Assembly: GCF_009914755.1 (NCBI RefSeq)
Contig: NC_060927.1
DNA: 64,000 nucleotides
Reading direction: 5' to 3' (one strand)
DNA from: the human T2T-CHM13v2.0 reference genome, Homo sapiens
In this document: positions 27,580 through 42,110 of the stretch, one piece after another
Numbering within the stretch: the stretch's first letter is position 1
Layout: every line of letters starts with the position of its first letter
The notes under the pieces: model-generated
Databases searched by the model: none
Told to the model about the DNA's origin: nothing
The model's input: the letters and a program-made list of their open reading frames with translations, nothing else
Program-made: the position numbers and the translations under genes

Positions 27580-27935
27580 ATTAATTGCAAATGTAGCTAT
27601 AATAATCAAAAATTAGAACTATTCTAAATGTCCAAAATTGGGAGATAAATTTAATGTGGCTTATCAATTCATTAAAATAATATGAAGCCACTTAGATTTA
27701 AAATATGTAAGAATAAGAAAACTACTGAAAATATTGAGACTATCATTTTAAGTAGAAAAACAGACCGTAAAACAATTTGCATGCTAGTATCTCAACAGTA
27801 TTCACATAGAGATTTGAAAGAAATATAAAAATGTGAAACTTACAGTTTTTATTAAAGTGGTGATACTGTAGGTCATTCTTCTGAGGATGGTATTTAATGT
27901 TGACACTATAGTACATTTGTTTAATGATAAAAAGT
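27580..27935 (+). mobile_element. L1ME-like 3' fragment
   Basis: aaaattagaactattctaaatgtcca...atgaagccactta degenerate L1 3' motifs. Confidence 0.45.
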
Positions 27936-29297
27936 GCCAAGTTCCCTAATGACAGGTTTGAAAGTGACAGCATTTAACTATATGAGAGTCTTCTTAAGGT
28001 TCATGGTGATTCCAGTCCCACAATGCTGCTGCCTGAGGTCTGACCCTTTATGCATACAAACTATATAGAGAAGATTGTATAACCCTTTGGAAATTGCTGA
28101 TACTTTCACAGCTCTAATTCTTCCTCCAGGGGAATATTTTAAAGTGGCTTCTTTGCTGATTTAATAAATTTTCATTTCAAACTTTTCCCCTCAGTCTCTT
28201 TCTAATGAACTTTCTTAAAAAAAAAAACTTTCCTGAAATTCCATGCTGTAGTACTACCTGTGGGTCTGATTCCACATGTGAGTATGTCAAATTTAATTAG
28301 ATTGTGCTCTCTGCTGCTTAATGACTCAACTAGGCTTACAAGTTCAAGATCATAACCTCCCTACTAGGCTGCCAGGTTAGCTGTTTCAAGGAACAACTAT
28401 TCATGTTATCCAGCTATAATTATTTTACTCCATGCCCAGAAAATAATAAAAATAGTAATGCTCACTTAATTAGACCCTTCACCCAAGAATCCTCAAGCAT
28501 TTTACAAGATTTCTTTACTCAGTCATTTGCATAACACATCCAAGAAACAGGTGAACAATATTAAAAATCATGCTTCTAAGGACTTCTTTTTAAAAAATGC
28601 ATAGACTCATCCTTGGTTGCTGCCTTTCCTTTTAGAATAACTGTTCAACTCACTGGCAGATTGCAATGGAATCTGATAGAAGGATACAGAACTCAGAACT
28701 AGGTAATGCAACTCAGATTGGAACAGGGATATATTTTTCTGGGTCTAAAAATGTTTCCTTTTTTTCTGCATATCTTCACAACGTGTTCACGTTCTAGTTC
28801 ATAATTTATCGTTTTGGTCTATAAAGTGCCTATAAACATGTAACTATGAAATAACACATGACAAAAATTTAGACACCTGAGAGAAAGGCTTGTCAAGCTT
28901 ATACCAGTCAAAAGGTACAATGGAATAGGCAATCTTAAATCCCTGCATGGAAGCCGTAGTTCTTGAGCTTATTCAGCTTGAAGCAACACTTGTGAGGTCA
29001 TGTTACTCTGTGATAGTGCTACCAGCCCTCGAATGATCTTCCAAATGACCCTCTATTTTGGTCACCACTATATGACCAGCACCTAGAACAGTAAGCCTTG
29101 CCTATAGCAAGTACTTAGTTTTAATACATATTTTTAAAATAATGAATCTACATATTTTGATTTATTGATCAGAGACAGATTTTCTCAGATTATAACTGAT
29201 TTTGTCTCATAAAATAAGGAATTTGACAAGAATGTCAGCAAACCAGCTGTAAAGCAGATATGAAGGGACATTTGAGGGAAATTTGAATATGGACAAT

Positions 29298-29720
29298 GTG
29301 TAGATTCACTAGTGGCCCCCACAAAAGATATGTGCAAGTACTAACTCCCAGTACCCATAAAAGTGACTTTATTTGGATGTAAGTTCTTTGCAGAGGTAGT
29401 TAAGAATCTTGAGACGAGATCATCTTGGTTTTAGGGTGGTTCCTAAATTTAATGACTGGTATTTTTATAAGAGAAGACACAAAGAGACATAGCAGAGGAC
29501 ATTTTAAACCGAGGTTGAGATTGGAGGTATACTGCCGCAAGCCAAGGGATTCTGGGAGCTACCAGAAGTCGCAAGAGGAAAAGGAAGGATTATCCTCTAG
29601 AGCCGTCAGAGGGAGCACATCATTGCCACACCTTGACTGTGGACTTCAGCCTCCCAAACTATTGTTTTAAACCACCCAGTATGTGGTAATTTGTTATAGC
29701 AGCACCAGGAAACTAATACA
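29298..29720 (+). mobile_element. MLT1C-like MaLR solo LTR
   Basis: aaaagatatgtgcaagtactaactcccagtacc...gccgcaagccaaggga...gtggtaatttgttatagcagcaccaggaaactaataca. Confidence 0.82.
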
Positions 29721-30883
29721 ACCCTTCTAGTAAACGTTATTACAAATAACAAAATTATTGCTATTTGTGTTAGATGTGACATGGTATTGAGGCTATGTAG
29801 AAAAATATACTTTGTTGACATTCAAAATTTGACTCCTTTGGGTTAAATATAATGTCTTTAATTGACTAAAATGCATCATCAAATATCGATTACATGGCAA
29901 AATAATAGCAGTTGTTAAGCCTAGGAATTGAATATTTGGGTATTTAGTATATTATTGTTTTTTTTTTTTCTGTGCAATTAAAAGTATTTAAATCGTGAGC
30001 AAAAAGTGTTCCCCTAAGCACTCTTATATTATGATGTTTGGTTCTTTAACTAAAATAACAATCAGTTTTGCAAATAAATAAACAATCTTACAAATCATCT
30101 TCCAACATCTAAAAGAAAAGCTTTAAACCTCATAGTTTTCACCTCTACACCTTGTATTGGCTCTTTTTGCAACTTATGTTCTGTGCATCTTTCTGTCTGC
30201 TTTTCAAAATCAAATTGAAAGCTTTTCATGGTACCTCCTCAAATCTTCCTTTTCCTCAGGTTAAAATTAGTGATGTAACTAATGAACAATCAATAAGTTT
30301 CTCCCAAATTCTATTTCTAATTCTCCCCTGCTGAAACTTGGTAAGCTGCTATACAAAACGGTAACCATGATTTCCTTACCCCCCAACCCTCAAAACACCT
30401 CTTCTCCTGACCTTTAGGTCCTGGGCTGTGCCATTCTCATGCTTTATAGTCAAGTTCTTTCCTCAGATAATAGTCTCCTCAGCTTCTGAAAATAGCTGAT
30501 TATCTATTCCAGGGAGAGCAAGATCAAAGTTTGATAAATTGCCATTTATTTCACTTCTACTAGAAAGTGATCCCAACAAATAAAATTTTCTTTCTGACAC
30601 CCCTTGGTTCCTTCTCATCTCATTGCTGATCTTTGCTAGAGGGATAAAGCCATCTGTTTGCTCTGTTTTATCACCAGAAGCTGTTCTCTGTCAGCGACAC
30701 CATCCTCTGGCTTACAGACTTAACTGTTGATCACTGAAATAGCACTCAAGGCCCCAGGAATATGGACAATCCACTTCTCTGGAATCAGTGTCATTTAACA
30801 TTGGTTGTTCATCTTTTTAAGGCCCACATTCTTGCAGAATTACATATTAGGTAGTTGAACCCCTTCAAGGGTTATTGTTCTCT

Positions 30884-30964
30884 CTTTGTTGTATGTGTAA
30901 TGGACATGTCACAGATAGGCTTCACTTTGTGTGTGTCGTGTAGACACGTCACAGTTAGGCTTCA
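30884..30964. repeat. Degenerate 40-bp tandem duplication
   Basis: gacatgtcacagataggcttca (30903) versus gacacgtcacagttaggcttca (30943), 20/22 identical. Confidence 0.8.
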
Positions 30965-32549
30965 TAAAGTGCATGGCTGCATATGATAACAGGAAGTCTA
31001 CCTCTTCCAACCTGTCCTGCAGTGGATCGTGAGGAACTGGGCTCCGTGAGTTTTCTCTCACCCAAGCTCCTCACACGCCACCACTGAGTTGCCTTTTGTA
31101 GCCCTTCCTTCTCCCTCCACTTTGTAACAAGGTGAAAGCTGGGAATTTTTTTTCAGAAATACATAACCAACATTTTATTCTGATTTTGTCTGTCCCTGAC
31201 ATCCAAGGAATTGAAGGTGTTTTTTTTTCTTGAAAGTGGCCTTTGGTTTTGCCACTGTGCTTCAGGTTCCTCTAAAATCAAGTCCCCTTTATAGTGATGC
31301 ATCTATATTATCACATAGTCACTTTTTTAGGATTCATAAAATGACTCTGCTACCATTACTAACATTTTCAAGGAAAATCTACCCATATGCTTGTAAACTA
31401 CACCTACATAGCTTCCCTTGTACTGTACTACACTCAAGTAGAGCCTACTCATCTTTCTAGTCTCAATTTAGTCACTCTTTCAAATTGTCTTATCTGACCA
31501 TTTAATCTCAGAAATATCTCCCAGCTAAAGTCCCATCATAGCACTAATTATAATATATATTTATATAGTATTTGTGGGTTAAGTTTTACTTCCTTCTCTT
31601 GGCTTCCAGCCATTTTCCATATCCACTTTCTTCATTACTATAAACTTAGCACAATACCAAATACGAATCAGACAGTAAACTAATATTTGTTAAATCAATG
31701 AGTATAGCTTACATCCAAAGTCCAGCTTTAATCTGCTTAACTGATGTTGAACATATGTTTTTCAGTCAACCTATTTTTTCTCTCAGAATAAAATGTCTCC
31801 TTTTCTTACCCTTCTCCATTTTTTTTTATCTCTCCTCTTATTTTTCCTATTATCATCTTGCTCCGTAGTTCCTTTTTTTCCCTCCCCTGCCAATGTATGG
31901 ATGACTTTTTGGGTGACTGCTCACATATGGAAGAGATATTCCTATTTGGAGTTTATTAAATAATAAACAGAAGAATGGAAATAATTGATTCACATTTTAA
32001 ATGGTCATAACTTTTAACTACATGATTTTGCCTAGTGACACAATAACTGATTTTAAACATAGAAATTCAGTCAGACTGATATTGGTCTAAAGGAGACTGA
32101 AGATAAAACATTCTACACTTGTCTAATTAATATTAACCATATACAGGGCCGTAACTATTTAAATGCATTGCTATATGCTTGTAAATAGTGACCACAGTCT
32201 GAGTATTACTTTTTAAAGGTAGCCTAAGCCTGGCCCGAAACAGAAGATGTGAAATTATTAGTAGACTTTGCCTTCTAATGGGAGAGAGGAAGGACATCAT
32301 TCCTGTTGATTTCTTTAAACCTTTAAAAATTGTCCTTATGTGGTCCACAATTTTTCTAATATTCATCAAAACTCTTCTTGTAGAGATTGCAATGTATTAG
32401 AAAAGATACTCTTCATAAAGTTTTCTACAATAGTACTTATTGATAAATCAATATTGCTAAGACTAAACATATATTAATTGTTCTTAAAGGATATGCCAAA
32501 GTAGAAATAACATCCCTAAATTTAGAATGTACAATGTTATCATTACTAT

Positions 32550-32810
32550 CACTAGAATAATCACAACTCAGCCTCTGAAATCTGACAGACTTAGGTTTGA
32601 GTTCAGGTTTCACCCCTACTAATGCCCAATCATGTCAACCTTAGACAAAATCACTAAATTCTCTGGATATCAATTTCCTCATATGTAAAATGAGGGTATA
32701 CGTAACATAGTGTATACCTGATATGATGATTAAATGAACCTAGAAATTGATTAGTCCAATATAGTGGTAAATATATGGAGTAAGTACACAATAAATGACA
32801 GCTGTAACTA
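32550..32810 (+). mobile_element. MIR SINE
   Basis: cagacttaggtttgagttcagg...caatttcctcatatgtaaaatgagg. Confidence 0.65.
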
Positions 32811-35800
32811 TTACTATGATTCTTACCAGTATTGCTGTGTTGTTATTGTGGTAGAAGCGGAGATCACTTTGTTATTAAATGTAAAAACAATTTAGCAAAA
32901 TAAGAGAGGCCAATTCTAAGTGTTATCATTTGGAAAAATGTCAAGTAAATCAAATGTGGGTACTATAAGAAAACTAGCCCGGGCTTTCAAAGGGAGATTA
33001 GCATTAATCCCCTCTGTACTCATTGAGAAACCTGGAGGCATTAGGGAAAGCAGGTGGTATATTCAATATCTCATCCAGTATTTCCTACAGGCTCTTTCAA
33101 ATGATAACTTCAGGAACCACTTGGAAAATATCAGTTCTATCACATTTCTCTAGGGATCAGTGAACTCATTTGGATTAAACAAGTAGTAAAAACACTTGAC
33201 AAGTTCAAATCCAAATAAATGTCACATTTCTCAAAAATTGGAACAAAGTCAGCAATTAATTTTCTTTATTTTTTGAAGTATGGTTTGTAAGCTTTTTCAT
33301 GGGAATTTTACAAAAGAAAAGACAACATAACTTATCTTGAAAGTGTTTCTTTTGGGAGAAGTATAGTGTTATTCTATGAAATTCAGATATTCAGAGAAAA
33401 ACAAACAAAAATACTTGCCTCTCCTTTCTCTTACATCCTTTGAACATGATTTATTTACTTAAGAAAAAAGAGGAAATCTAGAAGTCATAATATATTCTCA
33501 GAGTCTAAGTAAAATCTAAACCATGGAGCTAAAATTGTTTGGAAATCCCTGCTTTTTAAAAATGTTGATAGGCTAGAGATGAATTTGCTAGTGGATATCA
33601 TTAAGTTGAATTCTTGAAGATGAATAGATACAGGCAATTGCCAACATACAAAGCACACATTCCAAAATTTCATTTTTAATTCAGTCGTTCGGAACTGGAA
33701 ACACAGTTTTCCCACAGGAACACTTATAATTTGTGTTTAAGTTCACAGATAAGACCACAAATGCTACTTTTACATGAAATCACTATGAAATAACTTAGAT
33801 TTACAGAAGAAAATCAATTAATATACACTTTCAAAAATAAAAATAGAACTCTAAAATAAAATTTAAAAGTACCATTTGTATTTGTATTTCACATATTTAA
33901 AAAAGATGACAAAACTCAAAGAAGATCAGAGATATGGTATCTTTGGTAGAGTTTCCAAAGATTTAAGGGTATTTTCAAGGTCTTCAGGAGTCATTAGGCC
34001 AGATTTTCTTTTTCCCTAAATAATTTCAGATTGTACAGGGGGCACAGTTATCTTTTCAGGAGCATAGCAGTTATTGACTAAAAAATGTAATGGAAAGAAA
34101 GAGAGGGTAACTGAATTATAAGGAGATGGGGTGGTGGGTGGAAGATTATACATTTGGCATTTACAAATATTTGGGAACAAAGAAGAATGACTGAAAAATG
34201 ATTACTGTGCTGTAAGCAGAGAAAGAGGCACAGAAAAATCCTTTGGCAGAAGAATAAGAAAGTGTTGAGGCAGAAACAGGGGTCCACTTGTTTTATGAGC
34301 TGTCTCTAAAGTGGCAGGAATATTTCCTCATGACATTTTGATTGCCAAAGAATACACACAAGTTGCAAGAACACAGATACTTGGGCTGTAGAATGCACTT
34401 ATTGAGTCTTTCACACTTGTGGGTAGAATACTTTTTTTTTTTGTCTTTGATAGATTAGTACAGAAATTTTCTGATCTCAGAAATACTCAACGTTGGGCAG
34501 TCCTTCCTAGTTAGGGCTTCAGTATTGAGTTTTAGCTTTTTAGCACATGAGATTGCTTCTAAATTAGTACAGCAAAAAGTGAATGGATGGTAAAAAGAAG
34601 GATGTTTGACATTATACTTATACCTATCATACTGCTATGCTATTGTAGCTGTTTTCATATATTTCAAAATTCGATTTCTTGGTTCCCATATGACAGTAGA
34701 CTCAGCAAGAAGTCCAGAGAGACTCTCTGTGAATAACCTTTTTCCTGTAATGCAATAGTGCTGTCTCTAGTCCATAGGCTATGTCACCTTCAATTAAACA
34801 GTGGCTCAATCAGTGTGAAGACAGCTTTCATAATGTTACCATAGAAAGGTCTCTCCTTTGTGACTAAGCCTTTTCCAGTTGTTGAAATGTTCACCAATTG
34901 CTGCCTCAGCTCCTTGGAACCCACTCGGCTTTTGTGCGCTGATGCATTTACAGTACTAGTAATTAATGCCGTTAGCTTTGTAATTAAAAAAAAACTTTTT
35001 GCCTTTATACTCAGGGTGATAATGCTGCAAGTAAAAATTAATTAAAATGAGATGAATTGCCTTCAGTTAAACGAAATGGAAAGAGAAAAGGAGGGGTAAA
35101 GGAAGGAGGAACCTGAGGAAGAGTTTGTAGTCTTATTAATGAAGCAAACTGAGGAGGTTGGGCTTTAAATTTTCTCCTGACTCTTTTTCCTTTGTGTTAG
35201 ACCCTGGATTAATGGAGCCAAAAACCTTCAGCTGGTGAGAGAACACAAAGAAGCTATACTTTCTCTGATTTGTCTATGGGTCACTATAAAGACCACAAAC
35301 ATGAACGCCCATGTTTGTTTAAGCACCCCCTTCAATTTTCTAGTACCAGGCTGCTTGAAGTAATGGGCTGCGAAATTGGCTTTTGTACTATTATTAATTA
35401 GATCTGATGCCTGATTTTCTTTTAACATTTGATGCAGTGAAAGGTTCTGGTTCTTTACATAGGACACAGTTCTCACATATTCAATCATTGATGATAAGAG
35501 CTTGGGTGTGAAAATCTGACTGTTCTCCATGCTGAAGCAAAGGCCCAGTGAGAGCCAGGTTCTTCATCTTCTGTTGTCCTGATTTTTCCGAATTTTGCTT
35601 CCAATTTCTATTTGAGGGACACAACTTCTTTTAAATTAGCACAATGGCTAGGGATCTAAATTTTATAAAGGAGCAGCAATTAGTTAATCAATAAACATGT
35701 GCTTAATGGGATCCTAGTGTATATCTTAGGACTATGTCAAGGTGCTTCAGTGGGCACGGTAACAGTGAAAAACGTAACCCTTGTCTTCAAAGAATTGATA

Positions 35801-36863
35801 CACTCACCAGAAAAACAAAAGCTAAGCTGCATAAATCACAGAGAAGTGGGCAATTAAGGGCTAAAGGCTCTGGCACTTGGAGTAAAATAAGAGTTCTGTT
35901 AAAGAGAGGGGACACTGTGGGCTGAGGAAATGAGTAATGACTTCACGGAGAGAATGAACCCAAGTAAGAAAAAAGGACACAGTTAAGGAGAAAAGAATTT
36001 CCTCGGCAGCTCAGAACTTAGAACCTTTATATATCTCAGTCACCCATCAATGGGGGAAAATACTGTCAGCAGGTAAATAATTGTGAAATTTTCTAGCTCT
36101 CTTTATTGCACTTTAACAATATCTGGTAGATCTCTTAACTTCTGTTTGGTGTTCCACAGATTGTCACACCTTGAAAATTCCACCTTCTTAAGTCTTGTAT
36201 CCCTGATATGCCTCTGTTGTATTTTCAACCAGAAACGTATTTCTACAACTTATAAATGGGAATAATTACATGCACCATCTTTCAAAGTCAGGGCTCTAGT
36301 CTTGGTGCATGAAATAAGCAAATTTGGAGAAATACACATTAAATCAATAGCTCTCTGCATGGGTTTTAATGGTAGTACAAGAAGAGAGGCTGGAGAGCCT
36401 CCAAACAATCTTTGGGAGTACTAAAATGAGTCCTCCAAATTCTACAGCCATCCTATGTTTAGGGCCATTTCACTAGCATCACCAGGTAACAGCTTTCCAG
36501 GAAAACGATAGTAAGTGTGATCGTATGACTTACTTCTCCTTCTGTTCTCAATCCCACGGATTATAAAATTAGATTTCCTTAGATTTAAAGATTTAAAGTT
36601 GATATTCTCTTAGTAAAACCATCTGTATTTGTACAAGAGAAATTTGTAAAAGTCCCATCAACCTAAGATGTTTAGAGAAAAATGTTCACTTGGTCCATTC
36701 AGTATCGAGATAGAAAGCCTGCTGACTGTTCAGCCCTGTAGAACCTACCTGGTTGCTTTATAAAGGTTTTGGCTTGGCTGTGTAGCATTTGCAATTTCCA
36801 AGTGTGGAAAATCAATCCTACCTCCAGCTAGTTCAGCCTGAGAAAGAGACAATTTAAGGAGCA

Positions 36864-36922
36864 TTTTCTTTTTCTTTTAATTTTCTTTTCTTTCTTTCTT
36901 TCTTTTTTTTTTTTTTTTTTTT
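36864..36922. repeat. (TTTC)n plus T20 polypyrimidine tract
   Basis: Directly visible; followed by ccagcag. Confidence 0.9.
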
Positions 36923-37370
36923 CCAGCAGGTAGATTTGCTGCCAGAGGCAAGGAAGGTCCTAGTCTCAGATGAGCATAGGTCTTAAACACAGAGGAAGTA
37001 GAACTATTAGGTTAAATGAACCTAGCTGGGTTTTGATGGATGTCAGATGGGGTTCTGAGCAGCTGATGAACTACTCAAACTGGAGAAAGGCCCCTACCAG
37101 TTGCAAGAATTCTTTGGCCATTTTAGTAAGAAATTAGCAAGCCAGGGAAATTTATTTAATACCCCCCAACCCCAACCAGCCTTTCTCATATTTGTCAATT
37201 TTCTGTCAAGTTTTGTGGTATTGACTAAGCTAAAATACACAGTTGATTCTTTTCTCGCTGCCTTTAATTATTCTTTAGAATCTTGTATTATAGAAAAGGA
37301 AACTGCCATTTAGAACATCTGAGAGCTTGCAAGAAAAAATGTGCAGGCACATTTCAATTAAGAAATGATG

Positions 37371-37647
<277 letters not shown>

Positions 37648-37649
37648 CT

Positions 37650-37908
37650 AGGTAATACTTATATATAATGTTTCTTTGTGTTTGGGACATTCAATTCCAC
37701 TCTTCCAGTTATTTTGAAATACACATTAAATTACTGTAAATTATAGTCACCACACCAAACACTAGCTCTTATTCCTTCCATCTAACTATATTTCTGCACC
37801 TATTAACCAACCGCTCTTTATCCCCCTCTCCCTACTTCCCTTTCCAGCCTCTGATAATCATCAAGCTACTCTTTATTCCCATGAGATTATATTTTTTTTT
37901 TAGCTCCC
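37650..37908 (-). mobile_element. L1MA 3'UTR fragment
   Basis: tttctttgtgtttgggacattcaa...gttattttgaaatacac...ccctttccagcctctgataatc...ttttttagctccc. Confidence 0.78.
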
Positions 37909-39361
37909 CTCTCCCCGCCACCAAAAAAAGAAAAGATGGCCTTGAAGTAATGAAGCAGTATAGGAGAAAATGGGCCAAAATAGAAATGACAGTAAATTAC
38001 CAGTTTAAGGGGAATTATTGATATCCTGTGACCTCCAGTGTATGAATTCCACACTGCAGTTCAATTTTTAACAGTCACATGGTTTATCTGATTCTCCCCT
38101 CCTCCTTCCAGAAGGCATAACAACATGCTCTATGATCTGCAGAAAATTCTCCTGCTGATTGGTTTGTAGACTCTCCACTTGAAGTGCTGGACTTAAAATC
38201 TGGTTCAAGCAAAAAACTTCTGACTAGCAGCTGGAACTTGCTCAGCTACTGGCTCAAATATTTTTAAGACGTGGCTTTCAGAAACAAATACAGTGATATC
38301 AAGGATCACGGAGTTGGCTGCACAGGACACAGCCTTTCTCTATGCATACTCTTCCTGTGATAGTTCAGTCTTTTTCTGTTGTATATGTTGAATAGGGGCT
38401 TTTCTTAGCTGTTTACAGGTCTGATCACAGATCCCATGGATTGGAGAACACAAGCTCATTCATTTTTCATTTTAACTTCTCTTGGGATATGAATGTTAGG
38501 AGAAAGAAGAAAGAATGAAAGGGCGTTCACGGGGAATAATTCATGAAATGACCAAATGCTGCCTGATTGATAAGAAGGTAGAACTTAGTAACAGAAGCAC
38601 ATGGTGAAGGACACTGTAGCCAGCTTAGAGATTTCATTCATTCATTCATCTATTTATGAAATATATAGATATATTTATCATATATCTATGAAATAAATTA
38701 ATCTACTTATTTATTAAAATAAATCCTGTTACCACCAAAAGAAAATTACTCTTGTTTAAAATTCAACAATAAAATTAACATCAAAGCTGACCACATTAGT
38801 ACTGACAGAGTAGTTTCAATAGAAAACTTAAAAAAAATTAAACTACAGGTTTTAATGGAAAGATAACTAAAACAAGCCCTCTAAAAAATGAAATGCATCT
38901 TTTCTTCTCTATTTGAATATTTAATTCTCTGCTTTTGAATTGAGGCCCTGAGTACCTAGATTTCTTGATGTTGCTAATTGAAACAGCTAATTTTTACAGA
39001 TTTTTTTTCTATTACTTAAATTCTGAAGTGGAATGTACCTCCCAAAATTATATTTCATGGCACATGTGCATTCTTTGGAAAATAAGTTTGGAACACTCAA
39101 ATAATAATATGCTTTCTTCAAAATTGATAGCTCATATAAAGATACTAAAGGCACTGAGAAGTCCTATAAGAAAGACTTTAAATCAGTATCTACCAGTTTG
39201 ACAATGAACTTTTTTTATGTAGCATTATATTTCCACAGAAAAAATATTCTAAAAGACATAATTTGGAACATGCCATTATAGTATAGAAAATAGACTGAGA
39301 CTCAAGTAAGTCAACATTCAAATCCTTGTTTTCCTGCTAAAGTGTGTTTTTATTAACTTTA

Positions 39362-39622
39362 TTATTTATTTATTATTATAAATAATAAACAGCTCACTGC
39401 AACTTTGAATACCTGGGCTCAAGTGATCGTCACACCTCAGCCTCCCAGGTAGTTAGGACTACAGGCACATGATACTATGCCCAGCTAATTTTTAAAATAT
39501 TTTGTAGAGACAGGAGCTCACTATGTTGCATAGACTGGTCTTGAACTGCTGGGCTCAAGTGATCTTCCCACCTAGGTCTCCCAAGTTGCTGGAATTATAG
39601 GCATGAGCCACCACACCCAGGC
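39362..39622 (-). mobile_element. AluJ-like SINE with a ~50-bp deletion next to the tail
   Basis: Perfect 13-bp TSD tttattaacttta (39349-39361 and 39623-39635); the tail joins directly to agctcactgc. Confidence 0.9.
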
Positions 39623-41794
39623 TTTATTAACTTTAAGAATTACGCATACTCATGCATGAGTGCACAAAAGGGAGAAATGGAAGGAGAAAGGGAAGGAGAG
39701 AGGAAGAGAGAAAGAGATAGAGATAGAGATACGATGCTCTAAGTGTTAAATAATTGAATCTCCAAAACTGTTTTATCAGTGAAAGTATTACTTCATATCA
39801 ATAAAGGAAAAGGAAATGACATTCCAATAAATACCATTGTCATTCAATTTTTCAGGCACTTTATATGTTATTTCATGAAACTACCAGAATAATTATTGCA
39901 AAAAGCATATTTTTCTCTGAAGCAATCTAAGTAAGTTCAAAATATGGTCTTACTATATAGAAAAAATTAGCATAGTTCTACAATTCCTGTAACTTCTATA
40001 TTCTGTTCTTACTTTTGAAATAAATAAAGAACTGAAGAATAAATCCCACTGCATATTTTAACCCAGATACTGTGATGGAATTTAGACTAAGAAAGATGCT
40101 CTAATTTCTAGCGTTATGATCTCACTTCTAAACACTAGTCTTTCACATGTTTGTCAACATATGTGAAAATACCAGCAGGGACATTACAGGTGCAGAATAA
40201 ATTTATTTGGTGCCTTTTATTATTAAAACTGATTGTACATCTTTACACTGCTTGTGTTTTTTTCACTTTATATTGACTATAATCAAATAATGAATGATGA
40301 GACACAATGGAGCCTGATTCATTGGTAACTAGGAAAAAAACCCAACTTTGTAGTGAATCCATTTTTTTCATTTTATCTCCAAAATATATGTTCATTATTC
40401 TAAAATCATGATTTGCTTAGAATTTGATGTTTTTAAAATATTGTTAATCTATTATTTTTAATGGGCTATGCATTTCCATAAAACTCAAAAAATAAAAATA
40501 ATCCAAGTCATACTTGTCAGAAGATTAGGCAAATGATTCATTTCTAGGCCAGTAATGTGTAGTATAGAGAGGTTCAACTATAAGGTTTCCAATTTGTTTT
40601 AAGGTTCATGTTAAAATAAAAGAATACCAAATGTAAAAAGAAACAATGAAGAAAATTATTCTCAATGCTCCATACCCCTTCATCTGACCTTCATCTTGAT
40701 TTTCACTCACTATTGGTGCCCACTTTGATTTCACTTCTGAAATACTAAACCACATAACATTGAACCATGGCTTCTTTATAGCCCCAGGCTATAAAATTAG
40801 GTAAAATAACAAGTATCCTAACCAAGATCATAAGAAGACAGCAAATGAGATTTACAATTGAGCCAATTATTGTACACTGCATAATGCTTAGTTAACACCT
40901 TTGGGCCCACAAGTTGCCTTTAGTGTTATAGTATTTGGAAAAGGTCCATTGTTTAAAGTTCTTTACCTCAAGATATTTGAATAAACCACAATGTATGAAT
41001 TCAAGAAATATTCAGACATATTCCTTTAAGATAGACTTTAAACATTAGTCTGCCTATATGGGCCTTAGATTCTTTATCTGTAAAACAAAATAACTATACT
41101 AGATGACTTATAAGGTCATTCCCTACTCCAAAAATGCAATGTCTTTACAACATAAGCCATATATATATATGCATATATATACATATATACACATACATAG
41201 GTATATTTATATTAGACATAATGTTTGAAATAAATCATTTCAAAGTTTGTAAGGTAAAATTGAAGACACTAAGATGACTTTCTGATCATGACATCAAAAA
41301 TATGCCTATATGATTATAATTCAGTTGGAATATAAGGCCATGTCCTATCTTAACATGTAATAAAATCCACTTTCTACTCTCTACAGTCTTCCGCACAAAA
41401 GCTCAAACAAAACGACGAATGCCATTCTCACATCAGTATTAGTAACAATACATGTAAACCCTATAAGTACTGTGTTCCTTTTATTGTAATATGTGCAACT
41501 CTTTGTTCAGTGTGCTTGTAAGTAAGTAAAACATTCAATTCAGCAGCAATTTTGTAAATATATCCTTTTTTCTTCCTTTCTTGGTTTAACCTCTGTGGTT
41601 ATGGTGGCAATGCTAATGATTGTTGATAAGTGAAAAAATCAGGAGACAAAAAATGAGCATGAAGCTTTAGCAATACATTCAAGGTAAGAAGTATGAAATG
41701 GAACACCAGGCACAGGGCCAAATACTTAAGCTTCATGCATATCTGCTTACACAATAATACAGAGATACTGTTATTACAAGGTATCTAGTTCCAT

Positions 41795-42010
41795 CCCTTT
41801 TATTCATTTTCACCACAATTCATTTAATACTTTTACTAGCACTTGAGTCCTCGCCATAAACCTTAGAGATGTTGTTAGCCCTATTTTGTATATGAAGAAG
41901 TTGAAGTTTGGAGAGGATGATAAGTGAGCAGAGGTCACACATCTTATTGACCAGGACTCAAACACACGCCATTCAACTCTGAAGTTCATGCTCTTAATTA
42001 CTGCATAATT
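41795..42010 (-). mobile_element. MIR SINE
   Basis: ccctattttgtatatgaagaagttgaagtttggagaggatgataagtgagcagaggtcacac. Confidence 0.65.
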
Positions 42011-42110
42011 CAACAACACATTAACTAAGTTCTCATGCATATTTTAGAATTGATGAGGGAATAGTTTGGAGGGCAGACATCCAAGGGCCAGTACAAATAA
42101 ATCTCTTGAG

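Noticed and set aside
38650-38700. AT-rich quasi-palindrome
   Set aside because: Low-complexity (AT)n-like sequence; self-complementarity is expected.
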